64,000 bases of DNA from Escherichia coli. GTDB lineage: Bacteria > Pseudomonadota > Gammaproteobacteria > Enterobacterales > Enterobacteriaceae. Where the stretch lies: assembly GCF_003334385.1 (NCBI RefSeq), contig NZ_QOWN01000001.1; one strand, written 5' to 3'. Positions 39,465 to 50,698 of the stretch are shown one piece after another. The notes beneath the pieces are model-generated. The model made no database searches. It was not told the origin of the DNA and saw nothing but the letters and a program-made list of their open reading frames with translations. The position numbers were made by a program, and so were the translations under genes. The stretch's first letter is position 1, and every line of letters starts with the position of its first letter.

Positions 39465-39669
39465 CTGAGGATAATCTGTTAAATATGTAAAATCCTGTCA
39501 GTGTAATAAAGAGTTCGTAATTGTGCTGATCTCTTATATAGCTGCTCTCATTATCTCTCTACCCTGAAGTGACTCTCTCACCTGTAAAAATAATATCTCA
39601 CAGGCTTAATAGTTTCTTAATACAAAGCCTGTAAAACGTCAGGATAACTTCAGAGGTCGTCGGTAATTT

Positions 39670-40704
39670 ATGATGAACAGCACCAATAAACTTAGTGTTA
39701 TTATTCCGTTATATAATGCGGGCGATGATTTCCGCACTTGTATGGAATCTTTAATTACGCAAACCTGGACTGCTCTGGAAATCATTATTATTAACGATGG
39801 TTCAACGGATAATTCTGTTGAAATAGCAAAGTATTACGCAGAAAACTATCCGCACGTTCGTTTGTTGCATCAGGCGAATGCTGGCGCATCGGTGGCGCGT
39901 AATCGTGGGATTGAAGTGGCAACGGGCAAATATGTCGCTTTTGTCGATGCTGACGATGAAGTCTATCCCACCATGTACGAAACGCTGATGACCATGGCGT
40001 TAGAGGACGACCTCGACGTGGCGCAGTGCAACGCTGACTGGTGTTTTCGTGAAACGGGAGAAACCTGGCAATCCATCCCCACCGATCGCCTTCGCTCAAC
40101 CGGCGTATTAACCGGCCCGGACTGGCTGCGGATGGGGCTTTCTTCGCGCCGTTGGACTCACGTTGTCTGGATGGGGGTTTATCGCCGTGATGTTATTGTT
40201 AAAAATAACATTAAATTTATTGCCGGATTACATCATCAGGATATTGTCTGGACAACAGAATTCATGTTTAACGCGCTGCGTGCGCGATATACCGAGCAAT
40301 CATTATATAAATATTATCTGCATAATACGTCAGTGAGTCGGTTGCATAGACAAGGGAATAAAAACCTTAATTATCAACGTCACTATATTAAGATTACCCG
40401 CCTGCTGGAGAAATTAAATCGAAATTATGCCGACAAAATTATGATTTATCCGGAATTTCATCAGCAAATAACTTACGAGGCATTGCGTGTTTGCCATGCG
40501 GTGCGCAAAGAGCCGGATATTCTTACCCGCCAACGGATGATTGCCGAGATATTTACTTCCGGTATGTATAAGCGCCTGATTACCAATGTGCGCAGCGTGA
40601 AGGTCGGTTACCAGGCGTTACTGTGGTCTTTCCGCTTATGGCAATGGCGCGACAAAACGCGGTCGCACCATCGCATTACGCGTAGCGCCTTTAATTTGCG
40701 CTAG
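39670..40704 (+). CDS. waaH: Family-2 glycosyltransferase WaaH (YibD)
   Basis: 344-aa ORF MMNSTNKLSVIIPLYNAGDDF... with DxD-type motif (VDADDE). Confidence 0.88.
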   Translation: MMNSTNKLSVIIPLYNAGDDFRTCMESLITQTWTALEIIIINDGSTDNSVEIAKYYAENYPHVRLLHQANAGASVARNRGIEVATGKYVAFVDADDEVYPTMYETLMTMALEDDLDVAQCNADWCFRETGETWQSIPTDRLRSTGVLTGPDWLRMGLSSRRWTHVVWMGVYRRDVIVKNNIKFIAGLHHQDIVWTTEFMFNALRARYTEQSLYKYYLHNTSVSRLHRQGNKNLNYQRHYIKITRLLEKLNRNYADKIMIYPEFHQQITYEALRVCHAVRKEPDILTRQRMIAEIFTSGMYKRLITNVRSVKVGYQALLWSFRLWQWRDKTRSHHRITRSAFNLR

Positions 40705-41650
40705 CGTTAAACTTCGCCGCTTCGGGCTGTTTGCCCCAGCCTTGCCACTGATGCTGGAAGTAAACGATCAGCGTGCTCTGGCTGATGCTTTCGCTTAATA
40801 CTTCAAAGAAGCGATTAGCATAAACAGGTTCTATCGGTTTCTTCGGTTTGCACAGCTTCACGCCACGGAACGGATTACGCGGTGCATCAGGCACAGCGTT
40901 TTTCGGCGGTGTAGAAGTATCAACCTGCGGTTCATTCAGCAAGCTGCTGGCTTTCACCAGCGTAATGTCTGGCGGCAGGTTATAAACCATCTGTTGCAAC
41001 ACGCGTACCGTTGCAGGGTGAGGATGCCCAATGGCAATGGTCGAACCGTTGCGACGCGCCAGGTCAATTGCGCGATTAAATTGCACACGGATGTCCGCTT
41101 CATTTTGCGAATCGTCGAGGAATACCTTCCGTTTGATCACCTTCACGCCAGTGCCTTGCGCGGCGCGCATCGCCTGGGTATTACCGATGGTTACGCTGTC
41201 GAGGAAGTAAAGATTGTAACGCTCCAGCGCCTGCATCACTTTCTGCATACCAAACAGGTTAGAGGTCATCTTGCTGCCCATGTGGTTGTTGATCCCCACG
41301 GCATAGGGCACGTTATTGACCGCACTACGAATAATGCGCTCAATTTCGTCGCTGCTCATCTCCGGGCGTAGCGTATTTTTCTCCAGCGGCTGTTTACTCA
41401 ACGGTGCCATCGGGAGATGAATCAACACTTCGTGCCCGCTGTTATGCGCTTTGGTCGCCATCTCTCTGGCGTGCGGTGAATCGGGTAATACAGCGACGGA
41501 GATAGCGGAAGGCATCGCCAGCACCTGGTTTTCGTTGTGCGGGCGATACCCAAAATCATCAATGACGATGGCAAGTTTGCCAGCAAGTACGGGGGAGGAG
41601 AGCGCCAACAGAGCGGCAAATGCAAGAACGTTACGACGAAATGGAAACAA
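40691..41650 (-). CDS. yibQ: Divergent polysaccharide deacetylase family protein YibQ
   Basis: 319-aa ORF with N-terminal signal peptide; 3' end overlaps waaH by 14 bp (convergent). Confidence 0.88.
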   Translation of the reverse strand: MFPFRRNVLAFAALLALSSPVLAGKLAIVIDDFGYRPHNENQVLAMPSAISVAVLPDSPHAREMATKAHNSGHEVLIHLPMAPLSKQPLEKNTLRPEMSSDEIERIIRSAVNNVPYAVGINNHMGSKMTSNLFGMQKVMQALERYNLYFLDSVTIGNTQAMRAAQGTGVKVIKRKVFLDDSQNEADIRVQFNRAIDLARRNGSTIAIGHPHPATVRVLQQMVYNLPPDITLVKASSLLNEPQVDTSTPPKNAVPDAPRNPFRGVKLCKPKKPIEPVYANRFFEVLSESISQSTLIVYFQHQWQGWGKQPEAAKFNASAN

Positions 41651-41653
41651 AAC

Positions 41654-42913
41654 TTATCTTCCCAACCACGGCTGTGGATTGACCGCCTGACCCTGGCGGC
41701 GAATTTCGAAATAGAGTGAAGGCCGACCCTGACCGCCACTGCTGCCCACCAGTGCAATCGGCTGGCCCGCGCGAACCTGCGAACCAACGCTCACCAGTGC
41801 GCTCTGATTATAGCCGTAAAGACTCATGTCGCCTTTACCATGCTCAACCACCACCACCAGACCGTAGCCTTGCAGCCAGTCAGCCAGAATCACCCGACCG
41901 TCGGCAATCGCTTTAACTTCAGTACCTTCAGAAGCACCGATAACCATACCTTTCCAGCGTAATTCACCCTGTAGCTGTTCGCCATAGCGATGCAGCGTCG
42001 GCCCGCGAACCGGCCAGAATGCCTGACCACGCGGCGCGCCCAGACCACCGGTACGGGACATCAGCGATTTTTCGCTTTCGGTCGGTTTGTAGGTGGTGCC
42101 TTTGCGCGTCGCTTCTTTCTGGCGGTCGCGAACCGCCTGGGCCTCACGTGCTTCTCGTTCTGCACGCGCTTTCGCCGCGGCTTCCGCACGGGCAATGCTG
42201 TTACGCAGACGGGATTCGTTGGCGCGCAGCTCGCTCAACTGTTGCTGACCTTGCTGGATGGAAGACTCCAGCCCTGCCAGCGTCTTTTTACGCTCGTTCA
42301 GCGCCTGAGTCAGTTTCGCCTGTTGGGCGCGCTGCTCATATAACAGCGTTTGTTGCTCGCTCTGTTTCTCTTCCAGTTCAGCACGCTGCATGGCGACTTC
42401 TTCACGCGTTTGCTTCAACTGGGCAATGGTTTCTTGTCGTGCCTGGTTGAGATAGCCGAAATAAGCCTGTAAACGCTGTCCACGCTGGCTTTCTTCACCG
42501 CTGAGAATCAGCTGAATACCGGTATGCTCGCCCTGACGGAATGCGGCATCCAGTTGTGCGGCGAGGCTGCGCTCCTGGGCGGCTTTTTGCTGCTCCAGTT
42601 TGGCAATCGACGCGTTCATCTCATCAATCTGTTTATTGAGTTGATTGAGCGTGTTTTGCGTTTCGCGCAGCTTACGGGTGGCTTCAGAGATCGCTTCTTC
42701 CTGCTTTTTCAATTGTGCGAGCAGGCTTGCGCGTTGTTGTTGCTTTTGGCGTACCGCGCGCTCTTTTGCGGCGATGTCAGCCTGAATAGATTTGAGTTGG
42801 TCACGCTCATCCGCGTGGGCGGAAAAGGCGCACAACAATACGCCAGCGCTAAGAACGCTGGCGTAGATGATGGGCCTGATTGCAAACCTGCGCGGTTTCA
42901 CGGCCCGTGTCAT
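41654..42913 (-). CDS. envC: Murein hydrolase activator EnvC
   Basis: ORF track frame 41654..42937; start at internal Met MTRAVKPRRFAIRPIIYASV (419 aa); coiled-coil plus LytM-like domain. Confidence 0.92.
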   Translation of the reverse strand: MTRAVKPRRFAIRPIIYASVLSAGVLLCAFSAHADERDQLKSIQADIAAKERAVRQKQQQRASLLAQLKKQEEAISEATRKLRETQNTLNQLNKQIDEMNASIAKLEQQKAAQERSLAAQLDAAFRQGEHTGIQLILSGEESQRGQRLQAYFGYLNQARQETIAQLKQTREEVAMQRAELEEKQSEQQTLLYEQRAQQAKLTQALNERKKTLAGLESSIQQGQQQLSELRANESRLRNSIARAEAAAKARAEREAREAQAVRDRQKEATRKGTTYKPTESEKSLMSRTGGLGAPRGQAFWPVRGPTLHRYGEQLQGELRWKGMVIGASEGTEVKAIADGRVILADWLQGYGLVVVVEHGKGDMSLYGYNQSALVSVGSQVRAGQPIALVGSSGGQGRPSLYFEIRRQGQAVNPQPWLGR

Positions 42914-42946
42914 GGTATTAATCGCCTTTCCCCTCATGGGGAGGGA

Positions 42947-44491
42947 TTATTCCACGATGAACAGCGGCTTACCAGTCATCTCTTGCGGGATTTCCATACC
43001 CATCAGCGACAACATGGTCGGCGCGATGTCAGAAAGTTTGCCGCCTTCAACCGCTTTCACGTTCTTATCACCAACGTAAATCAGCGGAACTGGCTGGTTG
43101 GTGTGTGCCGTGTGTGCCTGACCCGTTGCCGGATCGCGCATCTGCTCAGCGTTACCGTGGTCAGCGGTGATCAGCAGTTGTCCACCCACGGACTCAACCG
43201 CTTTCGCGACTTCTTCCACGCAGTGATCCAGCGCTTCAACCGCTTTAACCGCCGCTTCCATCACCCCGGTGTGACCTACCATGTCGCCGTTCGGATAGTT
43301 ACAGATGATGGTGTCGTATTTGCCGCTCTTGATGGCCGCAACCAGTTTTTCGGTCAGCTCTGCGGAGCTCATTTCCGGTTGCAGATCGTAGGTAGCCACT
43401 TTCGGTGAGTTGATCAGAATGCGATCTTCGCCTTTGAACGACTCTTCTACGCCACCGTTGAAGAAGAAAGTAACGTGGGCATATTTTTCGGTTTCGGAAA
43501 TACGCAACTGAGTTTTGTCGTTTTTCGCCATCCACTCGCCGAAGGTGTTAACCAGGGAAGCGGGTGGGTAAGCAACCGCAGTTTTGATGTCAGCGGCGTA
43601 TTCGGTCAGCATCACGAAATCGACGTTAACCACTTTCTTACGCGCGAAGCCATCGAAATCAGCGTTCACGAAAGCACGAGTGATTTCACGCGCGCGGTCA
43701 GCACGGAAGTTCATGAAAATCAGTGCATCGCCGTCTTCCATTGCCGCGTCTGGCTGACCTTCAGCACGGATAACGGTCGCTTTCACGAATTCATCATTTT
43801 CGTCGCGAGCATAAGCAGCCTGCAAACCAGCAACGGCGGTATCGGCCTGGAACTCGCCCTGCGCCAGAGTCAGCAGGTCATAAGCTTTTTCTACGCGATC
43901 CCAACGGTTATCGCGGTCCATCGCGTAGTAACGACCAATGATGGACGCTACGCGGCCTTTGCCCAGCGCGGCAAATTTTTCTTCGAATTTTTTCAGCGAG
44001 GATTCAGCACTGCGCGGCGGAGTGTCGCGACCGTCAAGGAATGCGTGCAGGTAGATTTTTTCTGCGCCGCGTTCAGCTGCCAGTTCTACCATCGCCATGA
44101 TGTGATCTTCGTGGCTGTGTACGCCGCCTGCGGAGAGCAGACCCATAATGTGTACCGCTTTGCCTGCGTTTTTCGCTTTATCTACCGCGCCAGTCAGCAC
44201 CGGATTAGCAAAGAAAGCGCGATCTTTGATTTCAACGTCCAGACGAGTCAGGTCCTGATACACGATGCGGCCGGCACCCAGGTTAACGTGGCCTACTTCG
44301 GAGTTACCCATCTGACGGTCAGGCAGACCGACTTCCAGACCGGAAGCGTCGATTAGGGTATGCGGACGATTGGCCCACAGTGCATCCATTACCGGGGTTT
44401 TAGCACTAAAAATGGCGTTATCCTGCTGTTCTTCGCGATAGCCATAGCCATCCAGAATCACCAGTACCATAGGTTTTTTAGAAACCAACAT
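42947..44491 (-). CDS. gpmM: 2,3-bisphosphoglycerate-independent phosphoglycerate mutase
   Basis: ORF track frame 42947..44713; start at internal Met [21 protein letters not shown] (514 aa). Confidence 0.95.
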   Translation of the reverse strand: MLVSKKPMVLVILDGYGYREEQQDNAIFSAKTPVMDALWANRPHTLIDASGLEVGLPDRQMGNSEVGHVNLGAGRIVYQDLTRLDVEIKDRAFFANPVLTGAVDKAKNAGKAVHIMGLLSAGGVHSHEDHIMAMVELAAERGAEKIYLHAFLDGRDTPPRSAESSLKKFEEKFAALGKGRVASIIGRYYAMDRDNRWDRVEKAYDLLTLAQGEFQADTAVAGLQAAYARDENDEFVKATVIRAEGQPDAAMEDGDALIFMNFRADRAREITRAFVNADFDGFARKKVVNVDFVMLTEYAADIKTAVAYPPASLVNTFGEWMAKNDKTQLRISETEKYAHVTFFFNGGVEESFKGEDRILINSPKVATYDLQPEMSSAELTEKLVAAIKSGKYDTIICNYPNGDMVGHTGVMEAAVKAVEALDHCVEEVAKAVESVGGQLLITADHGNAEQMRDPATGQAHTAHTNQPVPLIYVGDKNVKAVEGGKLSDIAPTMLSLMGMEIPQEMTGKPLFIVE

Positions 44492-44736
44492 TGCGACAAC
44501 CTCATACTCAAGAGTCAAAATTTGCGTAATTTTACTACAGCTGAATCGATAAAATAGCCTCTGAAGATCAAAATATACGACCGCTCGCGGCAAGCCGATG
44601 CCAGATTTACGCTTTTTTTTTCGTCGCGCCCCGCAAAATTGCATTCCAGTTAACGCGCTGGCTGTATTTGCCGCACCGCGCAGGTATACTCCTTTCCTGG
44701 TTTTTTTAATCACTACGTCGGGAGTTGTTACCCCCC

Positions 44737-45168
44737 ATGCAAGAAATTATGCAATTTGTTGGCCGTCATCCCATACTGAGTATCGCCTGGATCGCGTTAC
44801 TGGTGGCGGTTCTTGTGACTACGTTTAAGAGCCTGACCTCGAAAGTGAAGGTGATTACTCGTGGTGAAGCTACGCGTCTGATCAACAAAGAAGACGCTGT
44901 GGTTGTGGATTTACGTCAGCGTGATGACTTCCGTAAAGGCCATATCGCAGGTTCTATTAATCTGTTGCCGAGCGAAATCAAAGCCAACAATGTTGGTGAG
45001 CTTGAGAAGCACAAAGACAAACCGGTTATCGTGGTAGACGGTTCTGGCATGCAGTGCCAGGAGCCTGCAAACGCACTGACGAAAGCTGGTTTTGCGCAAG
45101 TATTCGTGCTGAAAGAAGGCGTCGCTGGCTGGGCTGGCGAAAACTTGCCTTTGGTGCGCGGCAAATAA
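44737..45168 (+). CDS. yibN: Rhodanese-domain inner membrane protein YibN
   Basis: ORF track frame from 44725; start at [22 protein letters not shown] (143 aa). Confidence 0.88.
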
Positions 45169-45309
45169 TTTACCTGTCGTCTTTCATGATGCAGGCCGTT
45201 AGCTGCAATTAGGCCCCCAGCGACTTATTGTTATAAGCTTCTGGGGACACTCCATTTTGCTGCCGCCCTGCAACATGAAATTTCAGGGTAAAAAAACAGG
45301 AGCTAATTT

Positions 45310-45561
45310 ATGGCCAATGTTGAAATCTATACCAAAGAAACCTGCCCGTATTGCCATCGTGCAAAAGCACTGCTGAGCAGCAAGGGCGTGAGTTTCCAGG
45401 AGCTGCCGATCGATGGCAACGCCGCCAAGCGTGAAGAGATGATCAAACGCAGCGGTCGCACCACGGTTCCCCAGATTTTTATTGACGCACAGCACATTGG
45501 CGGCTGTGATGACTTGTATGCATTGGATGCACGTGGTGGACTGGATCCCCTGCTGAAATAA
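45310..45561 (+). CDS. grxC: Glutaredoxin 3
   Basis: 83-aa ORF with CPYC active site. Confidence 0.95.
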
Positions 45562-45623
45562 CGTGTGAACGTTGGCATTACATTGCGCAGTATTTAAGGA
45601 CAACACTTAAGGGTTTTCTACAC

Positions 45624-46091
45624 ATGTCAGAACAAAACAACACTGAAATGACTTTCCAGATCCAACGTATTTATACCAAGGATATCTCTTTCGAAGCGCC
45701 GAACGCGCCGCACGTTTTCCAGAAAGATTGGCAACCAGAAGTTAAACTTGATCTGGATACGGCATCTTCCCAACTGGCAGATGACGTATACGAAGTGGTA
45801 CTGCGTGTTACCGTAACGGCCTCTTTGGGCGAAGAAACCGCGTTCCTGTGTGAAGTTCAGCAGGGCGGTATTTTCTCCATCGCGGGTATCGAAGGCACCC
45901 AGATGGCGCATTGCCTGGGAGCATACTGCCCGAACATTCTGTTCCCGTATGCTCGTGAGTGCATCACCAGCATGGTATCCCGCGGTACATTCCCGCAACT
46001 GAACCTTGCGCCGGTTAACTTCGATGCGCTGTTCATGAACTATTTGCAGCAGCAGGCTGGCGAAGGTACTGAAGAACATCAGGATGCCTGA
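45624..46091 (+). CDS. secB: Protein-export chaperone SecB
   Basis: 155-aa [32 protein letters not shown]... Confidence 0.96.
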
Positions 46092-47110
46092 TGAACCAAC
46101 GTAATGCTTCAATGACTGTGATCGGTGCCGGCTCGTACGGCACCGCTCTTGCCATCACCCTGGCAAGAAATGGCCACGAGGTTGTCCTCTGGGGCCATGA
46201 CCCTGAACATATCGCAACGCTTGAACGCGACCGCTGTAACGCCGCGTTTCTCCCCGATGTGCCTTTTCCCGATACGCTCCATCTTGAAAGCGATCTCGCC
46301 ACTGCGCTGGCAGCCAGCCGTAATATTCTCGTCGTCGTACCCAGCCATGTCTTTGGTGAAGTGCTGCGCCAGATTAAACCACTGATGCGTCCTGATGCGC
46401 GTCTGGTGTGGGCGACCAAAGGGCTGGAAGCGGAAACCGGACGTCTGTTACAGGACGTGGCGCGTGAGGCCTTAGGCGATCAAATTCCGCTGGCGGTTAT
46501 CTCTGGCCCAACGTTTGCGAAAGAACTGGCGGCAGGTTTACCGACAGCTATTTCGCTGGCCTCGACCGATCAGACCTTTGCCGATGATCTCCAGCAGCTG
46601 CTGCACTGCGGCAAAAGTTTCCGCGTTTACAGCAATCCGGATTTCATTGGCGTGCAGCTTGGCGGCGCGGTGAAAAACGTTATTGCCATTGGTGCGGGGA
46701 TGTCCGACGGTATCGGTTTTGGTGCGAATGCGCGTACGGCGCTGATCACCCGTGGGCTGGCTGAAATGTCGCGTCTTGGTGCGGCGCTGGGTGCCGACCC
46801 TGCCACCTTTATGGGCATGGCGGGGCTTGGCGATCTGGTGCTTACCTGTACCGACAACCAGTCGCGTAACCGCCGTTTTGGCATGATGCTCGGTCAGGGC
46901 ATGGATGTACAAAGCGCGCAGGAGAAGATTGGTCAGGTGGTGGAAGGCTACCGCAATACGAAAGAAGTCCGCGAACTGGCGCATCGCTTCGGCGTTGAAA
47001 TGCCAATAACCGAGGAAATTTATCAAGTATTATATTGCGGAAAAAACGCGCGCGAGGCAGCATTGACTTTACTAGGTCGTGCACGCAAGGACGAGCGCAG
47101 CAGCCACTAA
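46091..47110 (+). CDS. gpsA: NAD(P)H-dependent glycerol-3-phosphate dehydrogenase
   Basis: 339-aa ORF with GAGSYGTA motif; start shares a base with secB stop. Confidence 0.96.
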   Translation: MNQRNASMTVIGAGSYGTALAITLARNGHEVVLWGHDPEHIATLERDRCNAAFLPDVPFPDTLHLESDLATALAASRNILVVVPSHVFGEVLRQIKPLMRPDARLVWATKGLEAETGRLLQDVAREALGDQIPLAVISGPTFAKELAAGLPTAISLASTDQTFADDLQQLLHCGKSFRVYSNPDFIGVQLGGAVKNVIAIGAGMSDGIGFGANARTALITRGLAEMSRLGAALGADPATFMGMAGLGDLVLTCTDNQSRNRRFGMMLGQGMDVQSAQEKIGQVVEGYRNTKEVRELAHRFGVEMPITEEIYQVLYCGKNAREAALTLLGRARKDERSSH

Positions 47111-47189
47111 CCCCAGGGAACCTTTGTTACCGCTATGACCCGGCCCGCGCAGAACGGGCCGGTCATTATCTCATCGTGTGGAGTAAGCA

Positions 47190-48011
47190 ATGTCGTGTGA
47201 AGAACTGGAAATTGTCTGGAACAATATTAAAGCCGAAGCCAGAACGCTGGCGGACTGTGAGCCAATGCTGGCCAGTTTTTACCACGCGACGCTACTCAAG
47301 CACGAAAACCTTGGCAGTGCACTGAGCTACATGCTGGCGAACAAGCTGTCATCGCCAATTATGCCTGCTATTGCTATCCGTGAAGTGGTGGAAGAAGCCT
47401 ACGCCGCTGACCCGGAAATGATCGCCTCTGCGGCCTGTGATATTCAGGCGGTGCGTACCCGCGACCCGGCAGTCGATAAATACTCAACCCCGTTGTTATA
47501 CCTGAAGGGTTTTCATGCCTTGCAGGCCTATCGCATCGGTCACTGGTTGTGGAATCAGGGGCGTCGCGCACTGGCAATCTTTCTGCAAAACCAGGTTTCT
47601 GTGACGTTCCAGGTCGATATTCACCCGGCAGCAAAAATTGGTCGCGGTATCATGCTTGACCACGCGACAGGCATCGTCGTTGGTGAAACGGCGGTGATTG
47701 AAAACGACGTATCGATTCTGCAATCTGTGACGCTTGGCGGTACGGGTAAATCTGGTGGTGACCGTCACCCGAAAATTCGTGAAGGTGTGATGATTGGCGC
47801 GGGCGCGAAAATCCTCGGCAATATTGAAGTTGGGCGCGGCGCGAAGATTGGCGCAGGTTCCGTGGTGCTGCAACCGGTGCCGCCGCATACCACCGCCGCT
47901 GGCGTTCCGGCTCGTATTGTCGGTAAACCAGACAGCGATAAGCCATCAATGGATATGGACCAGCATTTCAACGGTATTAACCATACATTTGAGTATGGGG
48001 ATGGGATCTAA
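47190..48011 (+). CDS. cysE: Serine O-acetyltransferase
   Basis: 273-aa ORF with hexapeptide-repeat C-terminus. Confidence 0.96.
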   Translation: MSCEELEIVWNNIKAEARTLADCEPMLASFYHATLLKHENLGSALSYMLANKLSSPIMPAIAIREVVEEAYAADPEMIASAACDIQAVRTRDPAVDKYSTPLLYLKGFHALQAYRIGHWLWNQGRRALAIFLQNQVSVTFQVDIHPAAKIGRGIMLDHATGIVVGETAVIENDVSILQSVTLGGTGKSGGDRHPKIREGVMIGAGAKILGNIEVGRGAKIGAGSVVLQPVPPHTTAAGVPARIVGKPDSDKPSMDMDQHFNGINHTFEYGDGI

Positions 48012-48025
48012 TGTCCTGTGATCGT

Positions 48026-48054
48026 GCCGGATGCGATGTAATCATCTATCCGGC
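48026..48054. repeat. REP-like hairpin between convergent cysE and trmL
   Basis: GCCGGAT ... ATCCGGC inverted repeat with REP-like core. Confidence 0.4.
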
Positions 48055-48063
48055 CTACAGTAA

Positions 48064-48537
48064 CTAATCTCTCAATACCGCTCCCGGATACCCCAACTGC
48101 CGCCAGGCTTCATACACCACTACCGACACCGCATTGGACAGATTCATGCTGCGGCTGTCCGGCACCATCGGAATGCGAATTTTTTGTTCAGCGGGCAGGG
48201 CATCAAGAATGCTCGCTGGCAGGCCGCGTGTTTCCGGGCCGAACATCAGATAATCGCCATCCTGATAGCTTACGGCGCTGTGAGCAGGTGTACCTTTCGT
48301 GGTGAGGGCGAACAGGCGCTGGGGATTTTCTGCTTCGAGGAACGCGCGATAGTCATGATGACGCGTAACGGCGGTAAACTCGTGATAGTCCAGCCCCGCG
48401 CGGCGCAGGCGCTTATCGTCCCAGGCAAATCCCATCGGTTCGATGATATGCAGACGAAAGCCGGTATTAGCGCAAAGACGGATGATGTTGCCAGTATTTG
48501 GCGGAATTTCTGGTTCGTAAAGTACGATGTTTAGCAT
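48064..48537 (-). CDS. trmL: tRNA (cytidine/uridine-2'-O)-methyltransferase TrmL
   Basis: 157-aa [30 protein letters not shown]... (SpoU fold). Confidence 0.94.
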   Translation of the reverse strand: MLNIVLYEPEIPPNTGNIIRLCANTGFRLHIIEPMGFAWDDKRLRRAGLDYHEFTAVTRHHDYRAFLEAENPQRLFALTTKGTPAHSAVSYQDGDYLMFGPETRGLPASILDALPAEQKIRIPMVPDSRSMNLSNAVSVVVYEAWRQLGYPGAVLRD

Positions 48538-48538
48538 A

Positions 48539-48730
48539 CTGCCCCCTTAGTGCGGGGGCAGGATAGCAGAAAATTGGTGAGCAGTGCGGCCTTTTCCCCT
48601 CACCCCGGCCCTCTCCCCGGAGGGGCGAGGGAGAAAAAAAGAGTGCGGTGTCGTTTCAGAGTGAGGGAGTACATACAGCGCCGAACGGTCCCCTCTCCCT
48701 GAGGGAGAGGGTTAGGGTGAGGGGGCGCAA
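48539..48730. repeat. GC-rich palindromic intergenic repeats between lldD 3' end and trmL
   Basis: TGCCCCC...GGGGGCA hairpin, then CCCTCTCCCCGGAGGGG and CCCTCTCCCTGAGGGAGAGGG units flanked by GGGTGAGGG; same family recurs at 55356-55555. Confidence 0.6.
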
Positions 48731-48734
48731 ACGA

Positions 48735-49925
48735 CTATGCCGCATTCCCTTTCGCCATGGGAGCCAGTGCCGCAGGCAACTCTTTACCCAGCCCCTGCAC
48801 CAGCGAATCTTGCGTAATTTCGCTGATCGATTTCGCGCCAGTCAGCGTCATCGCCACTTTCATCTCTTTTTCGATCAGATTTAGCAGGTTAGCTACACCC
48901 GCCTGGCCCGCTGTTGCCAGCGCATACAAGAAAGCACGACCCAGCAGTACGGTGTCGGCACCGAGCGCAATCATACGCACGACATCAAGCCCGTTACGAA
49001 TTCCGCTATCCGCCAGAATGGCTATATCACCTTTCACCGCATCTGCAATAGCAGGCAGTGCACGGGCGGAAGAGAGTACACCGTCCAGCTGGCGGCCACC
49101 GTGGTTAGAAACCACAATTCCATCAGCACCAAAACGTACTGCATCGCGCGCATCTTCCGGATCGAGGATCCCTTTGATCACCATCGGGCCATCCCAGAAA
49201 TCGCGGATCCATTCAAGGTCTTTCCATGAGATGGACGGATCGAAGTTATTCCCCAGCCAGCCGATGTAATCTTCCAGTCCGGTCGGTTTGCCGAGATAAG
49301 CTGAGATATTACCTAAATCATGTGGACGACCGTTCAGGCCCACATCCCACGCCCATTGCGGATGTGTCACCGCTTGCAAGTAGCGGCGCATTGCCGCGTT
49401 CGGGCCGCTCATACCTGAATGCGCATCACGGTAGCGTGCGCCCGGTGTCGGCATATCCACGGTGAAAACCAGCGTCGAACAACCCGCTGCTTTTGCTCGC
49501 TCCAGCGCGTTACGCATAAAGCCGCGATCGCGCAGTACATAAAGCTGGAACCACATTGGGCGCTTGATGGCTGGCGCGACTTCTTCAATCGGGCAAACGG
49601 AAACCGTCGAGAGAGTAAACGGAATACCATGCGCGTCCGCCGCTTTGGCTGCCTGAACTTCGCCACGACGCGCATACATGCCACACAAACCCACCGGAGC
49701 CAGTGCCACCGGCATCGACAATTTCTCATTAAACAGCGTCGTTTCCAGGCTTAAGTCGGACATGTTTTTCAGAATACGCTGGCGCAGCGCCACTTCTGAC
49801 AAATCTTCCACGTTGCGGCGCAGCGTGTATTCAGAATATGCACCACCATCCATATAGTGGAACAGGAACGGCGGCAGAATGCGTTGCGCTGCGGCGCGAT
49901 AATCGCTGGCTGCGGAAATAATCAT
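48735..49925 (-). CDS. lldD: L-lactate dehydrogenase (FMN-dependent)
   Basis: 396-aa ORF recognised as LldD. Confidence 0.96.
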
Positions 49926-50698
49926 GCGTTTTTCTCCCTCGAATGCTCATTATGCTCACCGGGCAGGCGGGTAATCCGTGCGTGGCGAGCCTGATCTTCA
50001 TCGAATCGTTTCATGGTGGTGTGAACAAAACTAAGGTGCGCCATCATTGCTTTACGCGCCCCGTCAGCATCACCGGCAAAAATGGCGTCAATGACAGCCT
50101 GATGTTGTTCGGTCAGTTGTGAAAAAACCGGTGGCACCAGATACATCCGCTGACGGCTATGCTTCACTGAGGATTGCAGGACATCGAAGAAACCGCGCAT
50201 GGTTTGCAGCAGCACGATGTTATGTGAGGCTTCGGCAATCGCCAGATGAAAACGAACGTCCGCTTGTGAGGCGATATCCGGGTCTTCACTTAGCGTTGCT
50301 TCAAAGCAAAGCTGAATCTTTTCTTTGTCGCCAGGTGTGGCGCGCATTGCCGCATGCCATGCGGTGCTGGCTTCAATGGCGTAGCGGGCTTCCAGAATAT
50401 CGAAACTGTAATCCGGATCATCGGCCATCAGTGTTTTTAGCGGCTGGACGATGTTTTGCTCCGACCATGTGTCATGACGCCAGCGAATAAACGTCCCGCC
50501 GCCGCGTCGACTGAGCAGCACGCCTTCACTCACCAGTTTTGCCAGCGCCTCGCGCAGTGAATTACGTGATACGCCGAGTTGCATCGCCAGTTGGCGCTCA
50601 GCGGGCAACTTCATGCCCGCTTCCAGGTTTTTTTCATCAATCAGCGCCCGCACACGATCGGCAACCTCGTCTGACAGGCGTCTGGGTAAAACAATCAT
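49922..50698 (-). CDS. lldR: GntR-family regulator of the lld operon
   Basis: ORF track frame 49922..50713; start at [16 protein letters not shown] (258 aa); 4-bp overlap with lldD. Confidence 0.94.

Noticed and set aside
42524-44356. Two ~290-aa plus-strand ORFs (42524-43408, 43475-44356) antisense to envC and gpmM
   Set aside because: Same antisense-frame artefact; they overlap strongly recognised genes and show no domain-like sequence.
48539-48730. CRISPR array among the GC-rich palindromic repeats
   Set aside because: The repeats are imperfect palindromes of varying length with no regular repeat-spacer periodicity and no cas genes nearby; they fit REP/BIME-type intergenic repeats.
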